From: Tubiluchus corallicola
Taxonomy: Eukaryota > Animalia > Priapulida
Direction of reading: 5' to 3'
Assembly (NCBI GenBank): GCA_030141605.1
Contig: JAQGDQ010000143.1
Location: 372,001-436,000, forward strand
DNA length: 64,000 bases
Shown here: positions 1 to 61,885 of the stretch, piece after piece
Numbering within the stretch: position 1 is the first letter of the stretch
Layout of the letters: every line of letters starts with the position of its first letter
Position numbers and translations under genes: made by a program
The notes under the pieces: model-generated
The model's input: only the letters and a program-made list of their open reading frames with translations
Told to the model about the DNA's origin: nothing
The model's database searches: none

Positions 1-29
1 TACTAAATATTCAAAGAAAACTATCTTAC

Positions 30-87
30 CTGCGAAATAAATGATAAACAGTAGGAAAACCAAACTCCAACTCTGAGCCATGATCAT
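30..87 (-). CDS. First coding exon (signal peptide) of an unidentified gene continuing off the left edge
   Basis: Minus strand reads MIMAQSWSLVFLLFIIYFA-G, a hydrophobic leader, ending at a strong phase-1 donor CAG|GTAAG. Confidence 0.7.
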
Positions 88-1439
88 CCTCGGAGCAGAA
101 CAACTTGGAACTAAGAGCTAGAAAGACAGACACGCTACCTGTGGCTATTACATCCTCAGTGTCATTTCTGTTACCTGTACACCATCACAAATTAGCGTCT
201 CAGAATGGAGGAAATGGCACCCAGAGTAACCTTGCGGTCTATTGTACGCTTTATTGGTCAGTGATAACATAATATTTAAAGAAGGAAATTGGTAGAACGC
301 AAGCGCCATAGACTTCGCCAGCAGACCGTAACAAGCGCTGTCGGAACTGATAAATTTATTGCATCAAGAAATGGCAAATTGACTGTTTATATTTGCATAC
401 ACTTTTGCGTCAACTACGCAATGTTGTGCGCAAGTCGGTGAAACTGTTCTTATTCCTAGTCCACACGGTCCTTCAAAAGAATGACATTCAAAATACTGAG
501 TCTGCCTATACGATCAGTTTTCGCTGACTGTTAGTTTGCACATAATTATTTGCTGAAGTGATGTTCTCTAACTTCTGAATAGCGTCAAGACGGCTTGTAC
601 AAAATGGCTTTAAACGAGCTTTTTTTAGCATGTGCTGCAAAGGGAAATCGAAATCAAAGAAAAAGAATTGTAAAGAAAAAAACAAGAAGTTATTATCAAA
701 TAATTCGGCAATTAAAAGCAGAAGCACATATGAATTTTGAAAAAATTTTCGGATAACACCAAGTTTGTTCGATTAATGGATAAATTTTCATCTCTAAACG
801 ATGCAAAAGTAAATTGTCAGGGCACAACAGCTTGCGCCGTTGCAAGTTAGGTGCCATAGTACGAGCAAAAGTTTCTATACATTTCCCTGTGCAAATCTAT
901 GAAACTTAATCATTCACGGAAATTTCTGCACTCATGCTTTTACAAAATATAATTTATGCAATCACTTTTTGTTAATAATTCTTTGCTTTTAGTGACAATG
1001 CGCCGTTTACCCACACGCTGTAAAAGGGCTCTTCTAGCGGAGTCAGCAGCGCGCATTATTATTAGCCGTTCATTCCGAGAATGACGAGTGACACTGGCGA
1101 AACCCTGTCGTCTAAATTTGGCACCGTGAGACTTCAATGACATGCAATGTCATTTTCGGCGCGCAACGGTCGAAACACTAACAAACTCGGGAATGACAAA
1201 TGACTGTGTGGCTGCCATCATTAAGAAATAACGCAACGTACGTATTCAACTAAATTGGTTACCTCGTGGAAGAAGGTACGGCATCTTGCAGGTACATGCA
1301 GATTTACATAGTCATTATTGGAGTTCCCCAGCCGGACTGCTTTACTCAACCGATTTAAGTTGTGACGTTTTTTTGCTAGTTATTGGCTAATTATTATTAA
1401 CTATTAAAACCAAAAATTAATTTTCACAAATGATGCACC

Positions 1440-1745
1440 AAGTCAATAACTAGTTGACTGGCTGACTAACTTACTGACCAGCTCACTGCCTGTTTTACTG
1501 TCTGATTAAAGGGCAGAATGACTCTTCAACTGGCCTATACACCTGCCTACCAACCTATCTACTTACTGACCTTCCCTTCTATCTACATACCCATCTAGCT
1601 GCCTATTTACTTATCTGTCTACCTGCCTACCTACCTACCTGCCTGCCTGCCTGCCCTTCTGCCTATCTACCTATCTATCTACCAACCTATATATCTGCTC
1701 ACTGCTTTAATTACTTAACAACACAATTACTTGCCTATCTTATTA
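1440..1745. repeat. Degenerate tetranucleotide low-complexity tract (CTAC/CTGC/CTAT/ACTG)
   Basis: Runs such as acctacctacctgcctgcctgcc and ctatctatct. Confidence 0.8.
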
Positions 1746-4700
1746 TAAGGTTTGACTAGTTTCGATTCAAAGTGAGTACATTTAGTGTCAAAAGACGTCT
1801 GAAACTCGTAATAATAAAATTTGTAGCCGCATGCATGCAGGCTTTACGCTATAGTTATAATAACGCGGAGTTCATAGTAAAAAACATACAATAAACAATC
1901 ATGGAAAACGAAACACAGGAAGCAAACAATTACAGGACACGAAGGGCAAAAGGGCTGGCAGACATTGTACAGTAAAAAGTATTTTACAACCAGACCAGAA
2001 GTACTTGTTGTGAAGATAATGAAACTAGTGAGATGGATAAACATGAAAAAGAGGAGTTAGGGTTTCAAAAATTTTCCGACGAGAAGGCTGAGTGAAAGTC
2101 TAGCCTACAGTATGCACATGAAGTGCGCATAAGGAGTTGCAGAAATGTTGATTGCTCCCGAAGACATAAATTCAATTTCAAATTCAATCAACACAAACTA
2201 CACATACACAAGACTAAGACTTAATTAGTACGCTCTAATAAAAGTATAAGCCTGACACATGCGTACCGTTATATTATATACACAACAAAAATTAATGGGT
2301 GGCAATTTTTTAAATTTTTAGGTGGCAATCTGGTGTGTGAACAGTGGGGAAAATGTGTTGGGAAGGAACGCTAAAATGCCTAGCACGTCGAACTACTTCT
2401 ACCTCTGACGGCTTAAGTGAAGTATAAGTAGCAAAAATAGAAATTGATGCATGTTTACAATGCAAGGCTACAAGTTTCCTTAACAAATAATTACAAAGAA
2501 TTACCAATTTACGATTAAAATTTGGAAATTTACGTGAGGAGCTATAGTAAAATTTCCTGTAATTTCGACCTTTGCGAGTTGCTTTTTCTTCAGTGTGAGG
2601 TTTTTATTTATTGTTCAAAGATTTGTCATTAAGAATTTTCCAAGAAATTAAAACTGCTTGACGCGAAAATAATTAAGTTCTAAATGGAGAGAGTTCAGCA
2701 GTGCAAATATTTGTGAAAAACATTCACTCCCACATCACTGATACATTTCAGTAAATTTCATCAACTTACTTTGATAGTAGACCCACAAAATGGTATGATT
2801 CCTGTTAATGTAAATATTAGAATACAAAAAATACAAATACAGGGTGTTTTAAAAGTTTCTCATTGTGTTTTAGAAAATTTTAAGAAATTAGTAACAATTA
2901 CAATAGAAATCAAACCTAATTTGTTTACAGTGGTCTCGATTCATGAGAATTATAATGACATGAAACATGGCTTCATTACTAATAATGATTTAATTCACAC
3001 TTATATACTGTGCTCTCTTCTGTGAACTGTAACCCAACAATGGCAAATTGTAAGTATTGTATATAATTAATAAACTGTATTTAATTGTGAGATACTACTA
3101 ACCGACAATTGCTATATTGATTTATATGTACAATATTTGATTGTTATTGTGATTTGTATTGCATTGTGATATGGAATTTTGTTCTGAAATAAAAGTATCC
3201 AATCACTTAATCAATGAATGAATCAGTTAGTCAATGTGAGCGTGCAGCAACGCTAGACATGCATGCCTGTTATTTTAAATATCTTTGTTATTCATTGTTA
3301 ACATTGAAAATGTTTACGCAAAGACATGCTGCGATGTGTTTTGATTGAATTAACTGAAAAAATATTATTAAATTTGCGAATCAGTATTTAAATGTTATCA
3401 TTGTTGATCGAAGTGTGACTTGTTACAGCATAAGTTGTAGTTGATTTATAATTATAATCTCAGTGCGTGATGCTGAGCTACTGTCCTATAGAATTATGAT
3501 ACTGCTTCTAGGCCTACATCTTTTTTGATTTATTATAATTATTGTAGGTTAATAATTTATGACAAGTTGTAACTTTCATGTATTATTGCCTGGAAAAGTT
3601 ATTAATAATTAGTAGGTAGACAGAGCTAGAAACATCCATACTTGGCATCAAACCAAAGATCGTCTGACCCAACAAACTTACCAAGGTATAAGCATTCAGT
3701 ACATTTTAACTGCGGCATCACAGTTCGTGGAACCACTTGATTTCTGCTCCTGCTTCTTCAAGTGATAAGGATTCCAACTTGTTTGCTGCATATATCCGTG
3801 TCAGTACCGAAACGAATGACGTATTCTCTACACTAAGTGCACAATATACACACAACAAGTGCAAGCCTCCCTTTTGATCTGCGGGCCAGTGATTTCCCTT
3901 GGCAACACGAGATATAAAAGAATTTATTTTTTCCACTGTGGCATATTAATAACACGTTGCCATGCGAAATCATTATCCTGCACTCAAAGGGGGGTGCATT
4001 TGTTGTGTTTTAAATTAATTAGCCTACCATGTCTGTGAAAAATATCATTACAAGTTTTATAAAATCAAAGTAAAGGAAAACGAAATACATTTTACTCTTT
4101 ATTATTTTATTAACATATTTTAAAACAAGAATTTCAGTAACTAACGTACTAAATCATTCCTTGAAATATCTGGTGTTGCTTAACACTCAGTTAAACGCAA
4201 AATAGATGTCAAAAGCAGATTAAAACAAAAATCGGTTTGAGGTAGACCCTTAGTTATAATTGCATTAATGTGTCAGAACCAAACAGGCAAGTCACCATAA
4301 GTAAATAACTACAGTTTTGTTACTATAAATGTAGCTATAAATCTACAGCTGGCTACTTATAAATTGTAAACCTGGTTGAAAAATTCGCGAGAGTTACCTA
4401 AAGTCCATAATTTTGAATCTCCCTAAGAGAAAGAGGATAATTACAAACTCCTCACAACCTTCGCTTAAGATTTAACGCATTTTTGCAGCAATATACATAA
4501 ATATTGCTGATTTATGAGAAAAAAGGCAATGACAAGGTAGGCTGTTCTTTTTTTGCAAAAAATAACTAAGTGTGATAGTATTTACACTTTTGTGGAAAAA
4601 TTGGTAACTGTAATTTTTTAAGCTTTCTTATAAAGACTTTTGACATTAACTTCTTAAACGTTTTGACAGCCCTAATACAATATCTGCCACGTACTTTTCA

Positions 4701-5149
4701 AATGATCCCACTCCATTTTGGTAGTAAATAGTCTACTGTGGATTGTTACATACAAACACACACACACACTATAATCAGCAGAATTTATTATACTACAACA
4801 CGCAACACAGCACAACATAACAAATTTTCGTCACTAACTCAACGTAGTAAAATACAGAAATATTTACATCGTGCACAAAATGCTTGCAACACTTTCAAAC
4901 ACTTTTTGCTACAATTTTTATATACAACAAAATACGAAACACGTGATCAGCTATTATACTAAGATCCTTCTTATATATACAGAAAAAAAGCTCTCAAATT
5001 TACATGACATAATTTCCTACACTATAAGAAGTGAAACAACGTACTCTATTCCTGTGCGTTAATTATGCGTTAATCTATATACAACATACTTAGCAAAAAG
5101 AAAGAAAGAAAAAAGAGACAGAGACAATGTGGAAACTTAAAGCAATTTA

Positions 5150-5310
5150 ATTCGATTCAGTTTAATTTAGTGCAGCTCAGCTCAGCCCAGTTCAGTTCTC
5201 TTCAGTTTAGGTTCAACTCAACTCAGTATAACTCAGATCCACTCAGTTCATCTCAACTCAACTCAAGTTAACTCAGCTCAACCTAACTAAATTCAATTCA
5301 ATCCAGTTTA
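5150..5310. repeat. Degenerate pentanucleotide repeat (ACTCA/TTCAG) in the presumed 3' UTR of the CCP gene
   Basis: ctcagctcagcccagttcagttc...caactcaactcaag. Confidence 0.75.
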
Positions 5311-5451
5311 GTGCCAAAAATGAACCATGATCTATCAAAACCTATTATAATCATCTTTTTTTGTTAAACTTGTCTAATAATGTGTATATAACATATCATT
5401 TTATGCACAATAAACACTACAGTATCCTTCAGGGATGCAGTTTGGTACCTA

Positions 5452-46688
<41,237 letters not shown>

Positions 46689-49597
46689 TATTTCAAAACT
46701 CCTTTTGGAATGTAACAAAGTGAATATGAAGAATCTTCCTCCTCACAAAACAGAGTGCATTATAGTCGCCAGAAACACGGCGAAATTGCCAGCTAGTCTT
46801 TCACATACAAGCACCAATGCTAGAAGTCGATAAAATTATAGACTCGAGTCAATTGACGACTGCAGCATTTCACTACATCTAATGTAAACAGCCCATAAAC
46901 ACCTCTCTTTAGCTTGGAGCATAATAGCGTCCACGGAGACAGCTAGGGCGCGTGGCTTCGAATGTCAACACAGCAGTTGATTCTGAAGTGAGGCAGCTGG
47001 CTTCCCTGCCACGTGAATACTCTAAACGCAGCAACGTCTCTTCTGATTCAATTATGCGTCTTTGCCGCTACGCTTTCATCACTGGGTTTTATGAGCTTCA
47101 AACAAACTATAAATTCCAATTCGTTTTCGGCTTTAACAAGAAACGCCGTGAATTATCCGTCAGAAAAATATGTTTCCCTAATAGATAGTGACCAATTTCT
47201 CTTTTAACCAAGCGATTCGATGGTTGCTAACGTGTAAATTTTTTTATCAACTATTTGATAGACCAGAAACTTCACAATTTTTAAAGAATTTGGAATGCTG
47301 CAAGCAGGGACTGTGGCAGAACTATGATCTTTTCATTATTAAAGACAAGAATCCCATTCGGATGTGCATATCTCGTCCCCCAATGAAGCGGATTTCCATC
47401 TGGAATGCATGCCCAGTATTGCTTAACTTCGATTGCTCCCAGTAGTTGCACTCAGTTATTCCCAGCTATACTGCGAACCTCAGTTTACTTTAAAATGAAA
47501 TCCAGAGGATAAAAAATTACACAGAGTCATAAATTGCTTACTCAATTTGAGTAACTCAACTACGACGTATATCACAACAGTCGGAACCAGCAATTTAGAA
47601 CTTGGGCAGCGTTAGCCCCTCGCCTTTCAGCAACCATTATTTTCATTTTCAATAACCGAGTCTTAATAATAACGTTAGATGATTCAATTATAGCGTCAAA
47701 TTATTCAACTTGAGCATTCACATATTGTAATATTTGAATGTTACTGAGAATAAGAACTTTTTTCTCAAAATTACCCGTTTTCAGTTTTTTCTTTTTTTTT
47801 TTGTTCTTGACAACCACAAAACAAGCATGTAAGTTTCTTAAAATTGCCTGGTTTAACACTTAATAACATTATGGAATTTGAAAATTCAACATGATCTGAT
47901 AAGTTACATAAAATTACTTTGTTATGTCTTAGTCTTAACACAGGTTCTTTCTTTACTTGTGTTGTTAAATGGCTGGACAAAACTGTAGATAATTTTCTTC
48001 AAATAATTGTTTTGCGCCACAAATTAGATTCCAGCCTAGTTCTATTATTGTAACGACTAGAAAATTATTAAGATACAATTGTAATTATTGTCACCAAACG
48101 ATCCCATTTAAATATCAAGGCTTATTATCAGCACAGGAACATGAAAAATGCTGCCACATATTTACTCACACATCACCTCAAATTCAAATTGTCATTGCCA
48201 GTGCTTTAGTTAACCTATGCCACATATTATGTGCGTGATTATAATAAAGTTATTATCACTACTTAAAATATGCTCACTTTGTAAAAACTGAAAAGCTCGC
48301 CAACTTCGTTTTGATGACCAATAACGTACGCAAATTCTTTTTCAGTTTAAGTACAAGATGACAAACAAAGATTGGCGGTGCGGAAATACTCTATGTTTGT
48401 TTTAAGACGTCAGATTCAGACGTTTTAACAACAGTACAAATTCAACATTTTACTACAATGATCTACAAATTTCTTTATTCAGTAGTTCAACAAAATAACT
48501 GCCTTAAATTAGAGATTTATTTTACTTTATTTTGCTCAAGTTTATGTAACATGAACAAGCTAATACTAATGTATTTGAAAAAACTAACTTTAACTTTAAC
48601 TAATTTCAAATAATACCATGTATTTGAAAAAACTAACTTTAACAATGTGAACTCGCTGAGCGATAAAAGAATTTTTCATATAGCGGAGCCAAGTTCATGT
48701 TCATGTTGCACTTTTTTTAACACAACATCGGCTCTTGTAGAATTGATTTGAAACATTTTCGCTTGTTCAACAAGATTTCCAAACGAAATTCTGCGAAAAC
48801 TGTGAAAAGCCACTGACAATAATTTTCAGCCACAAGGTGTTCCAAACTTCTACGAAAAATGGCAACGATAAATGAAATATACAGGTAAAGCTGCCGGACA
48901 CAATTGAGCAGAAATAACTCAAAGTGTGTGAAACCCATTGCTCCACATTTTGTAGTATTTATTCTCTGTCTAGCTCTAAGCGTACACTACTTAATAAAGA
49001 AAATGACAATAAACTGCACGTGGCCAGGATTATTGTAATACCTTGAGAATGGAAAAAGTCCTTAAACATTTGCAAGGGATTAGTTGCGTAACACTTACGT
49101 GTGTCTAGTTATTACGTTCATCTGTTTATGCGTGTGACAAACTTCCACTATAATTTGTGTAATGTTTGTGAGACAACGTGTATGTCAAGTTCAAAATAAT
49201 CATGACGATAATGATCATCATCATTACCACTGATAATTTTTCTGATATTCTCGAAGGTAAGACCTTTTCGGCCTATTTCTCAGGAAAGGAGGAGCGTCGT
49301 GCAAAATTTTATTACTATTTTCGCACTTGGTTCCTGCCACTAAAATGAGATGCATTCTAATTATATTCATTAATAGACAATGCGTGTACATACAATCCTC
49401 ACAAATTTAGCCAAAGCGCAAATCTAATTTACTTGCAGGAAATTCTGAATTGTGGCTCATGATGAATGCATACATTCATTAGGCTTTTACTGTCTCCCTG
49501 TTAGCATAATTACGATATGTTTACACTTGAACGTAATGAATAGGACAGCGGGAACCTCAATATCATCATATCAGTTAAAAGATGCAGTCTGAACGTA

Positions 49598-50030
49598 TCA
49601 GGTGGTGCAAGAAAAAACGTGCTGCAGTTTTGATCACGATATTATTAGAAAAAATAATGAAATCGCTTGCAAATTACCACACTGATGTTACTTACGCTTG
49701 TGCTTAACCACCAAAATTTTTAGGTCGTTCCTTAAATTTTTCCAAAAAATTTTACAGAATTCTTAAAACAACAAGTCTAAAGTAAAAAGGGAAATTTTGT
49801 GCCACTATTGTTAAAAATTACAGCAAGTGCTCTGTACGTCCACCATTTTCACTGCAAACTAGACGAACGCATTTTTCCAACAAATTACACACAGTTAAGG
49901 GGTATTTTGCTCCCAGCGTTCAGCAATTTTTGCTTTTAGTTCCTCTACATCAAACAACTTTGTCCTGTACGAACGCCATATACTCGGCTTTCTCTAAGAT
50001 ACCGTAGGTCGCAGAATTAACTGCTATTTT
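49598..50030 (-). mobile_element. Tc1/mariner-superfamily element, 3' remnant
   Basis: Frameshifted minus translation YRTKLFDVEELKAKIAERWE...KCVRLVCSENGGRTEHLL* matches the ...NGGHFEHLL* transposase end; TIR-like TA|TCAGGTGGTGCAAGAAAAAACG at 49596. Confidence 0.7.
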
Positions 50031-50943
50031 TTCTTGATAACAAATCTTTATCAAAACTTTATTTTCTGTGGTAACGTCCTGTATGTAAGTTGGTTGATTT
50101 TTTTATTGTTTTGCTGTCATGTACCGAGTGCTTTATCTATGCTGACGTTCCTATTTTTCAACTGACGATTAGCTAACGTTGTCCCGGAATTTAAATTTTT
50201 AACATGCATAAGTTTTCCGGCCATAACTAAAAATGCATTTTCAGCCAGGTTGCATTGCTATATTAATACGTCTGTCCTAAACACCTCGAGACATCTATCG
50301 GGCAAATTGCCCAATTGTGATAGATTTACGCACAATAATATCTTTTAGGATAAACACACAGAATAAAAATAAACAACTGAACATTAGGTTAAACTAAAAT
50401 TTCAAAGCGTCGTACATAAATTAATCGTTTAATGGCACGTTCGAGTCCTACTCAAAAAAGCTGGATTTTTCAGTTTTTTTTTACAATTTTGTTTATAAGT
50501 GACTAATACTACTTGTAGTACATGACTGTCATTTTAAACATTAATAATATTCAAATAACCTGAATTTGAAATAACATATAAAGATATGCTTACCAACTAA
50601 AACCAAGTTACCACTATAAAAGATATGCTTACCAACTATTAATATATGACCTAACTTTCCGTCTACTTGAAAAACTTATTAATATCATTGTTCTTAAATT
50701 TATGATTGCCAGGGCAGGCTAAAAGTACTAACATCAGTGGTAATAATAATGGTATTAATAATAACGATAATATTAATAATTACAGTAACACGAAAAAAAT
50801 TACGACAGGGTGACTATACGTTATATACAGGTTAATATGGTTATGCAATCATCATGTATGTAGAATCTAAATAAAAGTCTGTTTTCCACTAACGTATTAA
50901 ATTAAATAAATTTAAATTATATGTCATATCAAACTTTAGCACA

Positions 50944-56995
<6,052 letters not shown>

Positions 56996-58204
56996 TATGC
57001 AGTTAAAATCCGAAACAAAACGCAGATGTTATTATGATTTCACTTAACTGCAAATTACGATAACTCTGGCCTTCAAACTCAACTGAATCAAACCACTTCT
57101 CACCAATGACAGGCTATGACACCTAGCTGGGTCACATTCTTCTCTGGCCTTATTATCTGTAGTACGACAGATATGGAACTAAATTTTGTAACACTAAGCA
57201 CAATAGTCGTGCCTAATGTCCCCGTAAATTAATGGGTTATCGTTAACTGTCTCCCGTCCAATATGCAAATTTGCCTGATATTACGTAAGATCTAGTGCAA
57301 CATTAGGCTACTTCCGTAATTCCGTGCAGGCTCTGACAACAAGTAATTAAGCAGAGCCTGTGACCCTCTAGAAAGTAAATGACAGATCACAGGTTTTATT
57401 GTTCATAGTACATGTTTAATAATCATGAAACTGAAGTCCAGGAGGATAACTGGGTTACCAATTATTTGATTTTAGATGTTATTATTGCCCGGAAAAATGG
57501 AATCCAAGCTTTTATTTTATCTCCAAAAAAGCTTTCGGAAAATGGTCATACTTGCATGGCTTACTGGGGAGATCATTAAAATCAGCAATAAAAATATCTG
57601 AGAAGCTTGGTCTATTGTAACTCTATGATGTAAATATTATTGTCGATGGAACATCTGCATGGAATATAAAGGCCCTGTGATCTCAGTTCTTGGGTGGGCC
57701 TCTGATTTTTCTTAAACTAATGATTATGAATCTTCTAAGCTAAAAAGATATTTGAAAATGTTTGAAAATATTTTTCAAACATACACATTAATAGTTCAGT
57801 TTTGTCCTATTTTAATGTCATTAATTTAAAATGAAAATTATTTGCCTTTATAAAGCTGATTAAAGTCAGTTAACTTAGCAAAAATAATTACTATAGTTTG
57901 CATGTGACGTTATGATTCTAACGCACTCCATCGAGATCCTGCGTGTTACACATTCCCACGAAATTTTTGCACTAATGTCATCAAAAAAGCAAATCTAAAA
58001 GCTAAAGATGCTATGAAAACAAATTATAGCTACAACTAGGAAAACCCTTGTCAATCGAAGATCAGTTGCCACATTGAACTTTTTTATCGCTACTTTTATA
58101 GAAAAATGTTCGCAGTGCCCACTATCCTGCCGCTTCTCGTAGGCTTCGTTGAACATATGCAAAACTTTTAAATCAGCCAAATGCAAAACAATTGTGATAA
58201 ATCC

Positions 58205-58420
58205 ATATTTTTCCCTCGAGTTTCTTACCTGTGGAATACTCTACCAGAAAATTGTTGCCCTGAAAACTATAACCGCACTCAATTCAAAAATAATATCAAC
58301 AGGTGCCTATTATCAATAGCAAATTAGTTATATAATTTCTATATTTATAGACATGTATGAAAATCTTCACCTTCTTAATGAAGCCATTACCTTGAGTGGC
58401 CATTGGTCTTGTTAAGGAGA
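58205..58420 (+). mobile_element. LINE (CR1/L2/Jockey-group-like) ORF2 3' end and UTR
   Basis: Translation FFPRVSYLWNTLPENCCPENYNRTQFKNNINR; same family as 61030 and 62750. Confidence 0.75.
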
Positions 58421-60761
58421 TTTCTTAACCAAGTCTAACTTCTCCAATGTAGTGCAACATATGGTAGTCTACAAGACGCTGCAACGCTTTAAATTTTCAA
58501 ACTTGAAACTAGTCTACAAGACATTGTAACGCAAGTTTCGTTCGGTTTTAACTTCAGTTATTGCGTGCGTGCGTGTAATTGTATTCATATACATAGGTGT
58601 ATTCATGTATATATGTGTACATATATGTGTGTGTATATATATATATATGATGTAAGATGTAAATTTTTTACCATAATTATACAATTTTATCGTACTAATC
58701 AAGTTTTAATCCTTTTACCGGCACTTTTAATTTATTTGCACCTACTTGTGTGTTTATATTGTACAAACCATATACTATGTATTTTGTACTTTTAGCAGTA
58801 ATTTTACTTTCTGTACATTGTCAATATGTTTTACGATGTTTTTAATGGACATATAAGTCTCTTGACTTCAGTTCATAGGTGTATTATAAATAAATAAATA
58901 AATAAAAATAAATAAATAAATAATATATGTATGCCTATATAAGGTTTGACGGTACAAATTGTTTGACAATCGCAAATTGTGGGTCCTAGTAACGTACGAA
59001 AAGTAGTTTCATTTCCAAATGCCATTAGTGCAGGTCAAAGGTCACGAAACTCAGTTCCAGAATCTACCATTTTGCCAACGTTGACGATTTGGAGTGATTT
59101 TTTCTGTAGTAAGAAAAAAGTAAGGCAAATAAGGCCTAAAATAAAGAAGAATCACCAGCCAAAATTTGCCACACAATAATTTCTCTGGATTATATTTCAA
59201 AAGAATGTTACTCTTCGAGAGAATCTAGTTTGCTGACTAGTATTGCCTCACCTGCTATTGCCTTACCGCTATTAAAATATATCAAATGAAAGGCCCACCA
59301 GGAATGTACTCTTACAAAAAAGCTATTATTCGACTTTTAAAGTTGAATACATCTACTTGTTGTACAACGCAATTAGTGAGCAAAACAAGAACACGGTCCA
59401 ATTTGATAGCGCTAACAAGAAATAAGTACGATGTGCGTTTTTTGCCGCTCCCTACACCAGCAGTTATAATTTAGTTTAGGTATATACTCTTGTTGTCTGT
59501 TTACAACTAATAATGCTTTCCTATCACTTGTGCTTTAAGTTAAAAGTGATTTCTAGGAATTACTAGTATTGCCATTATTGCATTGCATCCTTGTGCACAG
59601 TGTCGCTGGTATCTTTTAGTATAACTTTATTATCACGGCAAAAATAGTCAGTGTTTATTTACTTTAACGCATGGACATCTTTTAGTAAGTACCATGAATA
59701 ACAAATTATTCCGAAAACGTTTAAATGCTTTGGATTTAAATCAGTACTTACGATATAATAGGTACATCTGAACACACTTTCATTGTTTAATATTATTTTA
59801 ATAGGACTATTCTGTAAATAATATAATACATAAGTGTTGCACTGAAATGAATTGTCTTCTTGTTCAATTATTCTTTTTTCTGACTACCAAAAACTTTTTC
59901 ATATCAGATTTGTTAACTTAAAGGAAAACCGGATGATTGTGTAAACATGAGTTCAGAATAAAGAATGCTCTAAAATATTGAAAACTACAAAGTTTATTTT
60001 AAATCAAAGCTTATATTAAATAATAATTACCTCGGCTACTCAAATTTCGTTAGACTATCAAAGCTAATCGCGGCTCAGTGAGCCTACTAAGATTGGCAGC
60101 GGCGCCTTTTTGTCACATTCGCGTGGCCGACAAATAGAAGGGGTACCGTGATAAGCATGATCATGAACTGCAGTGTTGGTTTCTGACGTCATATGATGTA
60201 AAGCCCATTTTTCGTGACATCATGCGTTTAAACAGTACTGTAACACTTATGCTTGTGCTTGTAACACATGTGCTTGATGTGCAAGTGAAGACGCCTGCCA
60301 TTGCATAAACTGTGGTTAGCTTCTGACGTAAGCAATAGCTGTGTTCGGTTGCCGTTAATTAACTTTCTAGGCAAATTATTCAAATATAAGGAACAATTGT
60401 TAACTTTTATAGGCAAGAAAGTGTATATTTTGGACAGTAAATTAAAATGAGATTGAGTCTAAGCAATCGTCCGGTCTTCCGTTAACATTATCAACCTTCT
60501 AAACTCATTACTCGTGACTCACTACAATGACCTATTAAGGCGTATCCTCCTAATCAAAAAATAGGCATGACCCAAAACAAATGGCAACAAAAACTTTCTC
60601 ATTTGGGTAGATGCTTTCAGGTAGCTCGCACCCATAATCAGCCAAAATCAACGCAGACAAATATCCTAAATAACGTAATTTCAAAATGGCAGCTAATATC
60701 AATAGCTTTGTACGAGTCATCAAGCTTTTTTCAAACTAGCATTCCACAGACACTTCCTTTG

Positions 60762-60991
60762 CGGCGCCGTGAGACGTAGAGACTTCTCTCGCAACTTGTT
60801 TTTGAGAATAACAAAAAAATCGCACGTGTGAACGGCATGGCAACTTCTCTCGCAACTTATTGTAAACTCACCAGGAGAGATGTTGCCAAACAAGTTACGG
60901 GAGAATGTTGCCAAGCCGTTCAAACGTACGACTTTACTCTCACTATATCAGAGAGCAGTTGCGAGAAAAGGTTTTACATCTGTACGCGCCA
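60762..60991. mobile_element. Palindromic MITE (possibly PIF/Harbinger-type)
   Basis: The two halves are imperfect reverse complements (ttctctcgcaact...gaacggcatggcaac versus gttgccaagccgttc...agttgcgagaa...gtacgcgcc). Confidence 0.65.
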
Positions 60992-61029
60992 TTATTCATT
61001 CTAAAAGCAAGTTTAGTCGTTGTTAAATT

Positions 61030-61130
61030 CACTTCTTCCTCCGGACTTCTTACTTGTGGAATCCATTACCAGCTAATCGGATTCCTGTTAAATAAAACAT
61101 CATCTGCTTCAAAAAAACTTAATAGGTCCA
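61030..61130 (+). mobile_element. LINE ORF2 3' end fragment
   Basis: Translation FLRTSYLWNPLPAN...FKK. Confidence 0.65.
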
Positions 61131-61259
61131 TCCATTACTAGGAAATTTGTTACAATGAATCTGATTTTTGTGTGTGTTCATATTTCCACATTTCTCGGCC
61201 CACTAGTCTTATCTGGACGATTTGTATGTAAAAAAAACTTATAGGCAGGCTTCGGATAG

Positions 61260-61760
61260 CTTCCAATTGCCACCCTTCGCGTTCCTATCCGTTCAGATCA
61301 TCCTCTAGCCAAGATTGTCCGCATCATCATGGACAGAATCAAGAATCGCATCGACTTCGAATAGTATCCACGGTAAGCTAGTTTTATCTTTCAGCACTGT
61401 TATTGACAGTATCCTCGCCCTCAGCACCCTAATCTAGCAGGGGAGCCAATGCTGCACCCCTAGTAGCTTACGTCGATCTAATGATTGCTGTCGACTCCCC
61501 GGACAACAGTACTCTCAGGCTTTTTCTTCAACTTCGAACGATCCGAGCCCCTCCCGTGTTCAAAATAGTGCACTCCAACGCCACTTGCAGAAATCGCGAG
61601 TCCGTCAGGGCTGTGACGCCACATGCAACTTAATTTGGGCCCTGGCACTACAGTTTCACCCCATCTCCTTCGTGGTGGACGTTGATCTCTTCGCGGAGCT
61701 CCAATGCTCATTGAAAGCCTCGCCTTTCAGCTGTGCCAAGATTAAAATCCAACTTTTGGT
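61260..61760 (+). mobile_element. RTE-clade reverse transcriptase remnant, internally deleted
   Basis: Ordered motifs RIIMDRIK; IDSILAL; AYVDL..AVDS; RVRQGC; FVVDVDLFAE (from FADD); AKIKIQ. Confidence 0.7.
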
Positions 61761-61765
61761 CTCTT

Positions 61766-61885
61766 AAGTGGCTTACAACTTTGGTTCCCTCTGCTAAGAT
61801 ATAGGCGGCGGGAGTGGTGTAAGCGCAGTCACGCCACACCCGCCGTCTATATCCTAAAATTAGGAATCAAAGTTGTAAGCTATTT
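61766..61885. repeat. ~120 bp imperfect hairpin
   Basis: gcttacaactttggttcc...gatataggcggcggg.gtgg pairs with ccacacccgccgtctatatc...ggaatcaaagttgtaagc. Confidence 0.8.

Noticed and set aside
4098-4789. Poly(A) signal of the CCP gene (minus-strand AATAAA at 4784, 4107 and 4098)
   Set aside because: Several equally plausible hexamers in AT-rich DNA; cannot choose without 3'-end data.
46924-46950. REST/NRSE-like motif upstream of the CCP gene
   Set aside because: Needs insertions to fit the consensus, and REST sites are not established for a probable protostome.
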